A stretch of DNA of 64,000 bases from Octopus sinensis (GCF_006345805.1 NC_043005.1:7998001-8062000), one strand, 5' to 3'; shown: positions 1 through 12,877, numbered from the stretch's first letter. Notes: generated by a model from the letters alone, not told the origin. Numbers and translations: made by a program.

Positions 1-4
1 TATT

Positions 5-265
5 ACCACAATTACCACAGGAATAATTGTTGCCTTACCACAATCTTTTCAACTCGCCGTCTTGATCCTGATTTTTTCTCAATTCTTTCAAATTTTTGTA
101 TCCACTCTATTATCATATAGTATTACAAAGGCTATGATTTTACACAGTTTATTTTGTTTTCTTTAACCATGTCTGGTCTTCTTGCTGCGATAGTATAATC
201 AGTTTTTATATGAAAATCTTACAATTTTTATTGTCTATCACAGTTCGTATTTATATCACTCACCG
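5..265 (-). pseudogene. Decayed C-terminal restriction-like endonuclease region of an R4/Dong-type non-LTR retrotransposon
   Basis: Minus-strand translation with frameshifts gives ...DFHIKTDYTIAARRPDMV... and GELKRLW...IIPVVI, matching the ILWDFxIQTD-RRPD-ELKRLW-IIPVV pattern seen intact at 59050-59613. Confidence 0.7.
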
Positions 266-323
266 GCTATTTCGAAGATACACACTCAGTCAACAATTCA
301 CACACACTTTTACCTATACAGCC

Positions 324-977
324 ATGCCTGCACTTATACTCTTTTTGCGCTAGCCTACTGTATTCACCTGTTTCGAATTACATAATTTTATTATTTTAGA
401 TTGTAAGTTAAAATATTCCAAGAATTAAATGTAAAGACAGTAAAATAATTACCCGCTGTCTTCTTGGGTTTATTTAATGAATTATACACTTTATCTCGAA
501 ATATGAAGTTCTTGAATCGATAGGAATGGTGACATAGCAGGTAATGATTCCCAAAGAATAGATTTTAGGGACGGTTCTTTTAGTCAATAAACCTAGTTGC
601 TCATTACATACATAAAAATATCTTCAATAGAGAAAAAAGAAAAAGAAGAAACAACTTTTACCTATGCCTGCACTTATACTCTTTTTGCGCTAGCCTACTA
701 TATTCACCTGTTTCGAATTACATAATTTTATTATTTTAGATTGTAAGTTAAAATATTCCAAGAATTAAATGTAAAGACAGTAAAATAATTACCCGCTGTC
801 TTCTTGGGTTTATTTAATGAATTATACACTTTATCTCGAAATATGAAGTTCTTGAATCGATAGGAATGGTGACATAGCAGGTAATGATTCCCAAAGAATA
901 GATTTTAGGGACGGTTCTTTTAGTCAATAAACCTAGTTGCTCATTACATACATAAAAATATCTTCAATAGAGAAAAA
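324..977. repeat. Tandem duplication, 340 bp period
   Basis: 324-637 and 664-977 are identical apart from one substitution I could see (ctactgtatt vs ctactatatt). Confidence 0.95.
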
Positions 978-3357
978 GACAATAAGAAACAATTTGTTAG
1001 ATAAAAAGTGTAATGACCGGCAGCAAGACATTTAGAATATGTCACCGTGTATGTTAGATGCCTTCAAAAGTTGTAAGGAAAAATAATTTAAAAGTACTTT
1101 TTCCCATAGGAAAAAAAAAAGCAGGAAAAGAAACGTCAAGAGAAACTTAAAATGAATAACTGGAAGCAAGAGAACACAATTTCGAATGCCACTTTATACA
1201 TGACCAGTAAATCAACAGCGAGAAGTAAACACTTAAATATCGACCGTAACACGATACTGTAGCTGTTAGGCTATACAGTTTCAGCCGCCTCTAGGGCCCA
1301 GTGTGTAATTTGATCAGCATATAACTTTCTGATTCATGCTCAAGGCCAGAAAGTTTGAGTCGAGGGGGTTGATGGGTACCATAAACTCATGTATTTGACT
1401 GGAACTTTATTTAATCGATTAAAAAGGAAAAAAACAAAACATGGAAGACAAATTTGACCTAGGCACGTCTCTAACACAGATTATAAAGTTCTGGAACATT
1501 TAGTGCAAAGAATTTCGTCTGATGCTCTTTCGATTCTATCAAACTTTCACAAATTGCTCGTAAGTCAGTTTGCTATGAGAAAGAAAAGTAAAACGCTAAG
1601 GAGTGACCCATTAATCAAAGAACAAACTTACAGCGCTTTATTAAATTATTGTGATGTGGCAGCTTGAAACAGACGATCAAATTATTGATTAGCGGTTTCA
1701 ATTAATCAAATGTGACATTAAAAGAGGAGAGAGAATGGATAGTTGTGGTGTTGTGAACTTGATCCATTTTCCTGTGAGAATGTTATTAGACAATTTCCAA
1801 TTCACACCCCCTCAAAATCTGAAATTTCATACCTTACAAAAAACTGTCTTTTATTGTTTTCATTTTATTCCACTATTATGCATTAAATACTAGTCAGATA
1901 AAAAAAGATGACATATTTTTTTAAATACAGGTGTGATAATGAAGATATTTTTTAATGTAGAGTTGAATTAATGATGTTTTTTTTCATTCAGGTGAGATTA
2001 AGTGACAATTTTTAAATAAAGGCGAGATAATGATGGCATTTTTTCTTTTATTAATGTTTTAATTTATTGATATTTATTGTTCGATATTGCTTTCCTTCTA
2101 CCGTTTTAAGTAGCTTTCAAAATACCTGGAAGGACATCAAAGGTAATTAAATTAGTAAAGAGATAAAACGAGTATAACAAAATTATTCGTCAGAAATTAC
2201 TTTCGTCAAACAACCTATCTATTAGAGCTTTCCTCTATCAACTTTTTTCAAAAATAGAAAATGAATTTATAAGTGCGTGTGTTATTTATGCTTTCAGTGA
2301 TTCTATATATGAATTATCACATTATATATAATATTAATGGCAACGGCATACGCGTTGCCTGTCATAGCAGTTGGCTATAATAGCTGGAGATCATATAACC
2401 TGCTATGCACTTAACCATTACTAACACTTTCAGGAGTTCGTGACTCTTATATCATGTTCCATTAATACATCTAATTTGGAAACCAACTGTATTATAAATG
2501 GAAAGGATTTAAACATCTAAGAAGCTAATAGATTAAAGTATCTCCTTACCGAACTACAAAACTACACGCGTCTCGTTTATCAACTGAAGTGGAATTCTCC
2601 TGAAGTATTATTTATTAAGAGTTATATACATTACAAACTGGCTAGAGTTTACATTTCATAATGAGTCACTCAATACTAAATTCAATTTAGTGAAATAACA
2701 GGCTGCTAATAAATAAATATATCAATTACTCAAAGAAAACACTTTGATGAAAGAAAGAAATAATTTTCGTCTGGTGACTGGTTTATTGGGCCTGAAATAA
2801 ATTAGAACATTCAACTATAACACAGAGACTTATTGACAGCAACTGCCTTTAACTTATAAGTGCTAAGGTGTAATTTTCGTCAAGCAACTCCGGTTATTGT
2901 CAACAATGAAAAGAAATAATATATGAAATGACGTGTAATGACTGAGTATATTTATTCAACATCAACAGATATAGTTTATTAAAAATTTGTTTTACCACAG
3001 AATGTCGCATCTACCAAATATCTTATCATCTTCTAATTACTTAGTTTGACATATTGAAGGTTCAAAGGGGAATCCATTAATAGAAAAACGGCGAGAGTCT
3101 GTCTGTATTAACTCAGTGCCAAACAACAATCTCACTTCGAAGGAATTGAGATGACTACGCAATACTAAATGAGCTGTAATCATAACAATGTATAACTCAA
3201 ACCATCAATAGTAATCTCTAACAATCTGTTACATAGGACATACTTGAAAATGTAAAATACTTTTGCTTTGATCGGCAGCTAAACATTTACAAAATCTATT
3301 ATGACTTGTTCTATATCATTGATCATATGCAACAACAAAGACAACAGCAACTACTGT

Positions 3358-3472
3358 GGAGGCGCAATGGCCCAGTGGCTGGCAGCGGACTCGCAGTCGT
3401 AAGAACGCGGTTTCGATTCCCGGGTCGGTCATTGTGAGTGTTTATTGAGTAAAAACACCTAAGCTCCACGAG
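3358..3472 (+). mobile_element. tRNA-derived SINE, family B (GGAGGCGCAATGGCCCAGTGG head), 3' truncated
   Basis: A-box/B-box head matching the full-length copy at 54117-54508. Confidence 0.85.
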
Positions 3473-3619
3473 TCGAACTCTATACTGGCACTGACGTTCC
3501 GTGGACGGCTGTATTTTGCTACTTTTGATGCAGGTTTTTACCAGTGCCATTCTTGCCAATGTTTTGATACCAGATATCTACATTAAGATTATCAATTTTG
3601 CTTCTCTGTCATCATAGTA

Positions 3620-3832
3620 GGAGGGGCTGCTTAAAAGTTCCTGGCTTTGAGTAAAAGATAATACAGTATGGTCAGTTAATTATGGTTTTATTCAATATAT
3701 TCCCCTTTCAGATTTACACGCTTATTGCATCGGTTCTTTAGTTTTTCTAAGCCCTGTAAAAGAACTCGGAAGGTTGGGCCTCCAGCCTGGCCTTTCGCGA
3801 TACTCTTAAAGCCACGAATTATTCAGGCCCCA
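3620..3832. mobile_element. Mariner-derived MITE
   Basis: Imperfect TIRs gaggggctgcttaaaagttcctggcttt / aaagccacgaattattcaggcccc. The interior is the reverse complement of a mariner 3' end like that at 20440-20575. Confidence 0.6.
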
Positions 3833-4132
3833 CCGCAGGCAATTGCTTTGCTCCAAGGTAGACCTGATCGAATAAACTTGTGACAGGTCGAACACAAATA
3901 TTATTGATATTGCCAGTATTTGAGCAAATATTATCAATACTGTAACATTCTTAGGATTCTAAATATTCCGATGATTAAAATGGATACCAGCACTATGAGA
4001 CTTAAGTTCCACTTACTCCCGTGGTCATGTACAAATGAGATTCAGTCATGTAAAACGCCCAAGAGATAAGGCCATGAATTTTGTCGACATTTAAAAAATT
4101 CTGTCAGTTCACACTCTTAATAATAGTTTCAA

Positions 4133-4322
4133 ATTTTGGTCCAACGCCAGCAATTTTAGGGGAGGGGTAAATCGATATCATCGACCACAGTACTTAGCTA
4201 GTACTTATTTTATTGATCCGAGAGGATAATGAGCAAAGTTGACCTCGGCAGAATTTGAGCTCAGAATGTAAATGCCACTGAATATCTTTGTTTGGCGTGG
4301 TAACGATTCTGCTACCTCGCTG
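4133..4322 (-). mobile_element. SINE family C (GGCGGCGAGCTGGCAGAA head), diverged
   Basis: Reverse complement of the family C consensus seen at 4357 and 41432. Confidence 0.75.
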
Positions 4323-4356
4323 TCTTGCAATTTCTTAATAATATTACAATTTCTAA

Positions 4357-4928
4357 GGCGGCGAGCTGGCAGAAACGTTAGCATGCCGGGCGAAATGCTT
4401 AGTGGTATTTCGTCTGCCGTTACGTTCTGAGTTCAAATTCTGCCGAGGTCGACTTTGCCTTTCATCCTTTCGGGGTCGATAAATTAGGTACCAGTTAGGC
4501 ACTGGGGTCGATGTAATCGACTTAATCCGTTTGTATGTGCTTGTTTGTCCTCTCTGTGTGTAGCCCCTTGTGGGTAGTAAAGAAATAGGTATTTCGTCTG
4601 CCGTTACGTTCTGAGTTCAAATTCCGCCGAGGTCGACTTTGCCCTTTATCCTTTCGGGGTCGATAAATTAGGTACCAGTTAGGCACTGGGGTCGATGTAA
4701 TCGACTTAATCCGTTTGTATGTCCTTGTTTGTCCTCTGTGTGTTTAGCCCCTTGTGGGTAGTAAAGAAATAGGTATTTCGTCTGCCGCTACGTTCTGAGT
4801 TCAAATTACGCGGAGGTTGACTTTGCCTTTCATCCTTTCGGGGTCGATAAATTAAGAACCAGTTTCATACTGGGGTCCATCTAATCGACTGGCCCCTTCT
4901 CCCAAAAATTCGGGCCTTGTGCCTAGAG
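4357..4928 (+). mobile_element. SINE family C with a body tandemly triplicated at 184 bp period
   Basis: One head, then units starting gtatttcgtctgcc at 4405, 4589 and 4773. Contains GCCTTTCATCCTTTCGGGGTCGATAAA (resembles the Meta/MESC central domain; naming is from memory). Flanked by tacaatt(t/c)ctaa repeats. Confidence 0.9.
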
Positions 4929-4940
4929 TACAATTCCTAA

Positions 4941-5105
4941 GGCGGCTGGCTGGCTGAATAGTTCTGAGTGGAAACTACATCAAGTTCGACTTTGTCTTAC
5001 ATCATCTTTTGAGGTCGATAAAAGAAGTACCTATTGATCACTGGGATCGATGTAATTGACTTTCCCTCCTAAATTTGCTGGTCATGTGCCAAAATTTGAA
5101 ACCAG
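4941..5105 (+). mobile_element. SINE family C, older diverged copy
   Basis: Same head and core, more degenerate; target repeat at 4929-4940 and 5110-5121. Confidence 0.75.
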
Positions 5106-5469
5106 TATTTACAATTTCTAACATTGGAATAAAACTGGACACATTTTAGGGCAGAAGTATATTGGAATTAATTAATCCAACTATATGTACTTTTTGATGC
5201 ACCCAATGGAACGTAATTAGATATCATGAGATATTTCAGCCAAATTACTGCGCTACATTTCTTTAATAATGTTATCAGACTGAACATCAACTCGGTATTT
5301 TAAATTAATGTACACATTAGAGCAGAGATATTGGATATTTCCACCCGAAGATAAAATATTACGGCGGCTAACACAATTGGAAACTTCGTTAGAAATATAT
5401 TATTGCTAAATTGCCACACTACTTGGGAAACTTCGTAGCAATACTGATATTATTAGCTTCAGTTAAGTA

Positions 5470-5672
5470 AAGGCAGCAAGCTGGTAGAATTGCCGGCACG
5501 CCGGGCAAAATGCATGTGGGCATTTCATTCGTCTTCACATTCTGAGTTCAAATTCCGCAGAGGTCAATATTGCTTTTCATCCTTTCCTGGTCGGTAAAAT
5601 AAGCACCAGTTGAGTACTAAGCCAATCTAATCGATTAACCTTCTCCCCCAAAATTTCAGGTTTTGTGCCTTT
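5470..5672 (+). mobile_element. SINE family C, diverged
   Basis: aggcagcaagctggtagaa head; ttctgagttcaaattccgc B-box region; tttcatcctttc core. Confidence 0.75.
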
Positions 5673-5895
5673 GGAAGAAAGAATTATTTTCTTTTAAGTA
5701 AACACTGCATTATTCTAGAAGTATTAGTGATAAATTAACATTAAATATCGTGGTACACCGTTAAATAAAGCAAAAAAAATTACACGTTGAGTAGTGCGAA
5801 AGAAATAATGGACTGCAAAGTGTTAGTAGGGGTAGAAATCAATGAAAAATCTGGGAAAAGGATTCTTTAACAAAATAGCTGGAAACCATGAAATA

Positions 5896-6904
5896 CTAGC
5901 ACTATGACCTGGCAACGGCGGGTCATAGTGCTAGTTTTGTGCTAAACTGCTTTCTTTGTTTTCGGAAAGTCTGTTCGCCTTTCCATGGTATATGATTCTT
6001 AACGCGTTTGACTGAGTCTCTGCAGATTCTGAGCCCACCCATAGGTGCAGCTGCACTGGGTAATTAATCATCACAAATTTGGCGGCTTTGTTGAAGATGA
6101 AGGGGGAGCATGTTAGAAAATCGATAAAAACCACCATGAAAGCAAACCTTCACCAACAAAATGAAATGAATAATCAGGGCTGACAAAGTTTCCAAATTTC
6201 CCAGCGAGCGGAGAAATGTGACTGGAAATTAATTAGCATCTCAATTTTCACTCGTATTTCAAAACACAAAAGCATGAAATTTCGCTTAAGAAAATCTTTG
6301 TATCTTAGGTCATTCGTACCTCAAGTTAGGGCTAAAAGAAAAGGTTGCAGTCAATTAAATGCGGAAACCCGCAAGGAATAGTTTTATTGAGTTTCCACTG
6401 ATTGATTTGCAATTTTGGTAAACTCGAATCAAATTAAGATTTCTTGCACCAAAAGGATCACCCTTATAACCCTATGCCCCTGCAGTGTAGGTAGCAAATG
6501 ATTCGATCTTAGGCTGAATGCAAACAAATAAACGTTTTTAATAAAAATCCCTGGTGGTGGTGGTGGTGGGTGTGTGTTAAATTACCCATTCTTCATTTTT
6601 AATGCTATTTGAATAAAACAACCTGGGCTCTTGCCGGATAATTTAAATCGACCGAAAACATAAATGTAAAGCCCTTCCTAAGTAGATTCATTGAATGGAT
6701 ATGACCATAACGTATGGGCACACGGGGTCGGTTTATCGATTTTTTAAATGGCTTTCTAGGGTGACTGGGGAAATAAAAAGATCTTCACGACCACCCTCAG
6801 ACAGTTTTGAAAGACCATAGAAAATGCGAGCATTTTACGAGAAAAACTGTGGATTTGTATAAAGGACACACAGACACAGACATTTTGCCGTTTATAGATA
6901 TAGA
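5896..6904 (-). mobile_element. Non-autonomous Helitron
   Basis: Minus strand starts A|TCTATATCTATAAACGG at 6904 and ends ...GTCATAGTGCTAG|T at 5896 with a terminal hairpin, i.e. TC...CTAG inserted between A and T with no TSD. Confidence 0.75.
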
Positions 6905-7751
6905 TATGTTGCACAACACAGGTATATATATTCTAATAGCATGGACAAAAACTCTTTATCGGCAGTAATTTATTTCAACATGAAATTGAATATAAAAACA
7001 TTGGAACATACTTATTTGCTGTGTGGTACTAGTCATGTAGGAGTCTTTAAAATATTAAGTGTTATGTAAAAGAGCATATGTAATATATCAGTGAATATAG
7101 ATTTGCAAACATGTCAAAATTTGCCGAACTAGACAGCAATCATTTCATATCTAAACTGAAATATCCTCTTGCGAATGTTCGTTTGTATATAATTCATCCT
7201 GTTCTGAAAGTAAAGTTGCATGATCTGGCGGAAAATATGATTTCATAACATTTCGGGATGTATTGCAAAATCAAATTCACAAGCATGATGTTTAGTAGAT
7301 AGATGTCAAGAAAAAAATGTTAATACAAGTTAAACATCCTAACAACTACAACCAAAGCAATTGCGCACCATGAACAATCTTTTATCCCCATGTTCACTGA
7401 AATCATGGAAACATATTCTGTATCAGATAAGTAAAATAATATTACACAAATACCGACCATGCACTACATATCGACTTGACATGAATGTTCCTGTGCAGGG
7501 AACTAACATTTCACAGAAACTTCTAGTATAAAATAAATGAAATTGCTATGGTATAAAGCGAATTTATTGCAATGGAAGAGAAGATAATAGTGGAAGATAT
7601 TATAACTATATATCATAATATAATTACTACCTATAAAAATGTAGCAACAATAAAGAACACGATTCTATTAAAAAATAGAACAGGAGTAAATAGACAATAT
7701 GGCGGGAGTTGGCTTCCATTGTAAAAAAAAAAAATTGTAATCATTACTACA

Positions 7752-7971
7752 TACTACACCATCATCATCATCGTCATCATCATTGTTATCGTTATCGTTG
7801 TCGTCGTCATCATCATCATCATCATCATCATCTTTGCCGTCGGCGTTGTGGAAGTTCTCCCTTCTCCCTCATCATTTTATTACTTTTCTTACTACTACTA
7901 CTACTACTACTACTACTACAACTGCTGCTGCTGCTGCTGTTACTACTACTACTACTACTACTACTACACTA

Positions 7972-8012
<41 letters not shown>

Positions 8013-8064
8013 ACTACTACTACTACTACTACTACTACTATTACTGCTGCTGCTAGTGCTGCTT

Positions 8065-8119
<55 letters not shown>
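7752..8119. repeat. Compound trinucleotide microsatellite (CAT/TCG/TAC/TGC/TAT)
   Basis: Directly visible; explains the homopolymer ORFs at 7709-8185. Confidence 0.98.
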
Positions 8120-8120
<1 letters not shown>

Positions 8121-8352
8121 GATACAATGCTTAAAACAAGGGAGAATACAAATGAATAACAAAAATAAATATGATGCAATTCCACCTTTAAAAATGATTA
8201 GTTACCACTGGAACGTTCGTAAAAAAGACTGGAAATATGATTTTTATTTTTAAAATGGGTTTTTCTTTTTTATAATAAACCTGCTCGACAAACGTTAGAA
8301 GCAGTTTTGATTTATAGTCATATTTCAAACACAATAAATCTTTAAGCGTGCA

Positions 8353-8406
<54 letters not shown>

Positions 8407-8923
8407 AACATATACATACATATATTTCTGTAAAAATCGTGTACTGAAACAGATTTGGTTGTGCTTTGGGAGGGTCTTTGTGCAAATGAAGACACACGCA
8501 CTAGTTACATTTCATTTCTTGGCAAAATCGTTAAAGCATCATTTAAAATGACTTACGTTATATTTTACGGACACATTACGTTCTTAGTTTATATACTGCT
8601 GAGGATAACTTTGCCTTTTATTCCTTCTGTGTTGATAAAATAATGTTCCAGTTAATTACTTAAGTCAATGGCATCGAATAATACTCACCTACAAATGTTA
8701 ACTTAGGTTGTATACCTACGTCAAAAAAAATTGCTTTCACTTCACCTCTCACTCAATCAATTGGCTCGTCGGAATCCTTTTGTCACACGCTGTGAATTTA
8801 TCGGTTACGTGCTTGCATCTGCTCTTCGTGCTAAAGCGCACCCGCTCTTCCATCCACAGACTGAGTATTCTATCTTCGTTTCGACTATTATAGTTTGGTT
8901 TGTTGTATTGTGTATCTGTGTAT

Positions 8924-9342
8924 AGGCGCAGGAGTGGCTGTGTGGAAAGTAGCTTGTTTACCAACCACATGGTTCCGGGTTCAGTCCCACTGCGTGGCAT
9001 CTTGGGCAAGTGTCTTCTGCTATAGCCCCGGGCCGACCAATGCCTTGTGAGTGAATTTGGTAGACGGAAACTGAAAGAAGCCTGTTGTATATATGTATAT
9101 ATATATATGTGTGTGTGTTTGTGTGTTTGTGTGTGTCCCCCTAGCATTGCTTGACAACCGATGCTGGTGTGTTTACGTCCCCGTCACTTAGTGTCTCGGC
9201 AAAAAGAGACCGATAGAATAAGTACTGGAGAATAAGTACTGGACTTACAAAGAATAAGTGACGGGGTCGATTTGCTCGACTAAAGGCGGTGCTCCAGCAT
9301 GGCCGCAGTCAAACGACTGAAACAAGTAAAAGAGTAAAAGAG
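8924..9342 (+). mobile_element. tRNA-derived CORE-type SINE, family A (OR2-like), full length
   Basis: AGGCGCAGGAGTGGCTGTGTGG head, CORE-like CTTGGGCAAGTG, internal (TA/TG)n and AAACAAGTAAAAGAG tail. Confidence 0.9.
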
Positions 9343-9742
9343 TGTGTCTTTATAATTAGGTGACGGTGCTATGTATCTTTTTGAGTACACACACACACAC
9401 AATCGTAGGCACGCACACAACACGCACACACACACATACGCACACGTTCACGTGCGCATGAGCTTGTTGTTTAACGTGTGTCAGTGCTTAATACGTAGTC
9501 AGCAGAAGAAACAGTGTCCATATCCTTCTTTACATGTAGATTCGGTTGGGGAAAGTGTTTAGGCGCGCCTTTTCAGTCTAGCCACTGCTCTTAATAACAA
9601 TGCCATTTTCAAAGCCATATTTCGCCAAGCCTACATGACACATATTTATTGAGATTTTTTTTGATTTTTGAACTGTAGAGTCGCCAACCTTTGTTGTTCT
9701 GCAACCTGTGAAAAACTTTTGGGATAAGTCTGCTTAAATAGT

Positions 9743-9970
9743 TATTTCTTTACTACCCACAAGGGGCTAAACACAGAGACGACAAACAAGTGCAGACAGA
9801 CGGATTAAGTCGATTATATCGACCCCAATGCATAACTGGTACTTATTTTATCGACCCCGAAAGGATGAAAGGCAAAGTCGACCTCGGCGGAATTTAAACT
9901 CAGAAAGTAGCGGCAGACGAAATACGGCTACGCATTTCGCCCGGCGTGCTAACGTTTCTGCCAGCTCGCC
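9743..9970 (-). mobile_element. SINE family C, full length with 15 bp TSD
   Basis: TSD gtctgcttaaatagt at 9728-9742 and 9971-9985. Confidence 0.92.
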
Positions 9971-10349
9971 GTCTGCTTAAATAGTGTTTCTCAGTTAATC
10001 ATTGTCGATCGTAGAAATCCTACCAGAGCAAAGATTTTAGAACAAAAGTTAAGGTGTACGTTCGGTGAGGGTCTCCTCGCCGAATGTTTGGTTGATTTTG
10101 CAAGCAGTTTCATAAAATATAACCGTTCAAATTTGATTTTTCTGATCATTAATTTAACAAGCTAAAATAAACAAGAATATCAAGTAAAAGCAAAATTATT
10201 AGCATAAATCAATAAACCGATACCCGCGCTTCAAAATGGTTTATTACATTAACATAGTTAAATAACAGCTTATTCCATATTAAGCATCAATGATTAAAAT
10301 ATCAAAAGTTGCAATTATTTCCCCACCAAATTAATATACGTGTATATAT

Positions 10350-11100
10350 CATACATACCTACATACATGCATGAATGCATACATACATACATACTTGCAA
10401 CATACTTGCGTACATACATAAATACATACATACATGCATACATGGGTATGTGCATACATACATACTTGCAACATATCTGCGTACATACATAAATAAATAC
10501 ATACATGCATACATGGGTATGTGCATACATACATACATACTTGTAACATTCTTGCATACATACATAAATACATACATACATGCATACATGGGTATGTGTA
10601 TACATACATACTTGCATACATACATAAATACATACATACATGCATACATGGGTATGTGCATACATACATACATACTTGCAACATACTTGCATACATACAT
10701 AAATACATACATACATGCATACATGGGTATGTGCATACATACATACTTGCAACATACTTGCATACATACATAAATACATACATACATGCATACATGGGTA
10801 TGTGTATACATACATACTTGCAACATACTTGCATACATACATAAATACATACATACATGCATACATGGGTATGTGCATACATACATACATACATACATAC
10901 TTGCAACATACTTGCATACATACATAAATACATACATACATGCATACATGGGTATGTGCATACATACATGGGTATGTACATACATACATAAATACATACA
11001 TACATGCATACATGGGTATGTGCATACATACATGGGTATGTACATACATGCATACATAGATGCATGCATACAGGCATATATAGATGCATACATACATACC
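10350..11100. repeat. Minisatellite built on (TACA)n, units mostly 60-83 bp
   Basis: Marker CATGGGTATG at 10441, 10512, 10587, 10647, 10722, 10793, 10864, 10947, 10967, 11011 and 11031. Confidence 0.95.
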
Positions 11101-11319
11101 TAAAAATACAGACAACCATACACTTATTTAGATCATTTAAACTGAATATTTGTCTTGTGAATGGTGTTTCGTCCTTCTGCGATACACGTGAGCGTGTGTA
11201 CATAATGTGAATGTATTTCTATAATATTATTTATGAGTGTGTAAGTGTGTGTGATAGGCACATGTTTATACATTTATGTATATTTCTCTCATCCACTCTC
11301 TCCCTAAATATAGATGTGC

Positions 11320-11350
<31 letters not shown>

Positions 11351-11351
11351 C

Positions 11352-11385
<34 letters not shown>

Positions 11386-11414
11386 GTATACATACATATA
11401 TATATATATATATT

Positions 11415-12027
11415 TACAAAATTTAGAGGACTGACCACTAAAAGTGGACAGCCTATATGCTAGATATAGATGTCAAAATGGCCATTTTCCATGAAGAGTG
11501 TGTTCTCAAGAAAAAACTCAGCAAAAACCAAAGTGTAAAAATAAGCAAGATAAATGAAAATATACGAAATAAAAAAACGATTACCTATGTACTAATTAGT
11601 TTCACTTGTTAATATTTACGTATATGGCACGTAAATATCTGCAAGATCATCAGCATAGTCTGTCGTTTACAAAACACAATTTCCAGAACTAGATACAGAA
11701 CGCTCAACCGAAATCCAGTATGTATAGAGTTCTACATTTATATTTATGTGTATCCTTTCAAATGCCTTCACTTTGGCGCGCTGAGATTGGAAATTACTCT
11801 GCAGTTAATAAACTACAGCAGTCAATTTACCGGTTAGAGAACATTGTTTTATTTAAAATCAAATAGGGGTAGAAATTGATATTAATTAATTAAAACCAGT
11901 GGCCTAGAATATTAAAAAAAAAGCCGAAGACAAAAAGTTTTTTACATACAAAATTTAGAGGACTGACTACTAAAAGTGGACAGCCTATATGCTAGATATA
12001 GACGTCAAATCGCCATTTTCCACGAAG
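11415..12027 (-). mobile_element. Penelope pseudo-LTR / retrozyme-like element: one 532 bp unit plus ~80 bp partial repeat
   Basis: acaaaatttagaggactgac...ccattttcca occurs at 11416 and 11948. The element abuts (TA)n and contains a hammerhead fold. Confidence 0.7.
11575..11668 (-). ncRNA. Type I hammerhead ribozyme, extended
   Basis: Minus strand: AAACGA CAGA CUAUG CUGAUGA UCUUG CAG AUAUUUACGU GCCAUAU ACGUAAAUAU UAA CAAGU GAAA CUAAUUAG UA|CAUAG GUAA UCGUUU. Stems I, II and III pair; the first pair of stem II is U.U. Confidence 0.75.
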
Positions 12028-12679
12028 CATAATAAAACTTGGGATATTTACGAGTAGGGGTAGAAGACATTTCACTTGCTCAAGCTAGACCAACACATTC
12101 AATCTACTAATGTCAAATGAGAGCGCACTAGTTATTAGAAGTAGCGGCTAAATATCCATCAAGTGATACTCTTTCAGTGTCTGAAAAGGAAGAATACATT
12201 GGAAAATATAGTTCCAGATATATTCTGATCAAATACGGGTGTTAAAGTAAGTTACGCTTATAACCAGAAGTACATAATCATAGCTGATATAGGACAAAGT
12301 TATGACAGTAGTAAGAACATCACAACCGTCAACAACATCACGAGCAAAGACAACAACAGCAACAGTCATTTTTAACAATACTGATGAAAAATTAATGAAA
12401 TATCTAAGCGATTGTTCCTGACTGGCATATCTTCTTGGCACGTCAAATGAGGAAGAAAACACGAAGAGAAACAACACCGATTGGAAGCAAAGACAACATC
12501 ATCGAAAAAAATCCCAGCACCAATGGTATGAATAATATAAAATGGTAACAAGATTCTGAATTCTACACAATGTATCCGAGTTAATGGCATGTGAGTTATC
12601 GTTGTTAATTCCCAAGAATGAATTAAACATGTGATAGAAAACTTTATTCTCAACTGAATGATATTCTTTGAAGATAATA

Positions 12680-12722
12680 ACAACGATGACGATGACAATA
12701 ATAATGAATAATAATAATGATA

Positions 12723-12753
<31 letters not shown>

Positions 12754-12845
12754 TAGTAGTTGTAGTAGTAGTTGTAGTAGTAGTAGTAATAATAATAATA
12801 ATAATGACGATAATAATAAAGATGCTAATAACAATGATGACGATG

Positions 12846-12877
<32 letters not shown>

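Noticed and set aside
2160-3300. Possible decayed leucine-rich-repeat gene (fragments such as HIEGSKGNPL and ELYTLQTG*SLHF)
   Set aside because: Stops in all frames, and AT-rich DNA generates L/N/I-rich text by chance. It would need tblastn with LRR/GRL101-type proteins to support.
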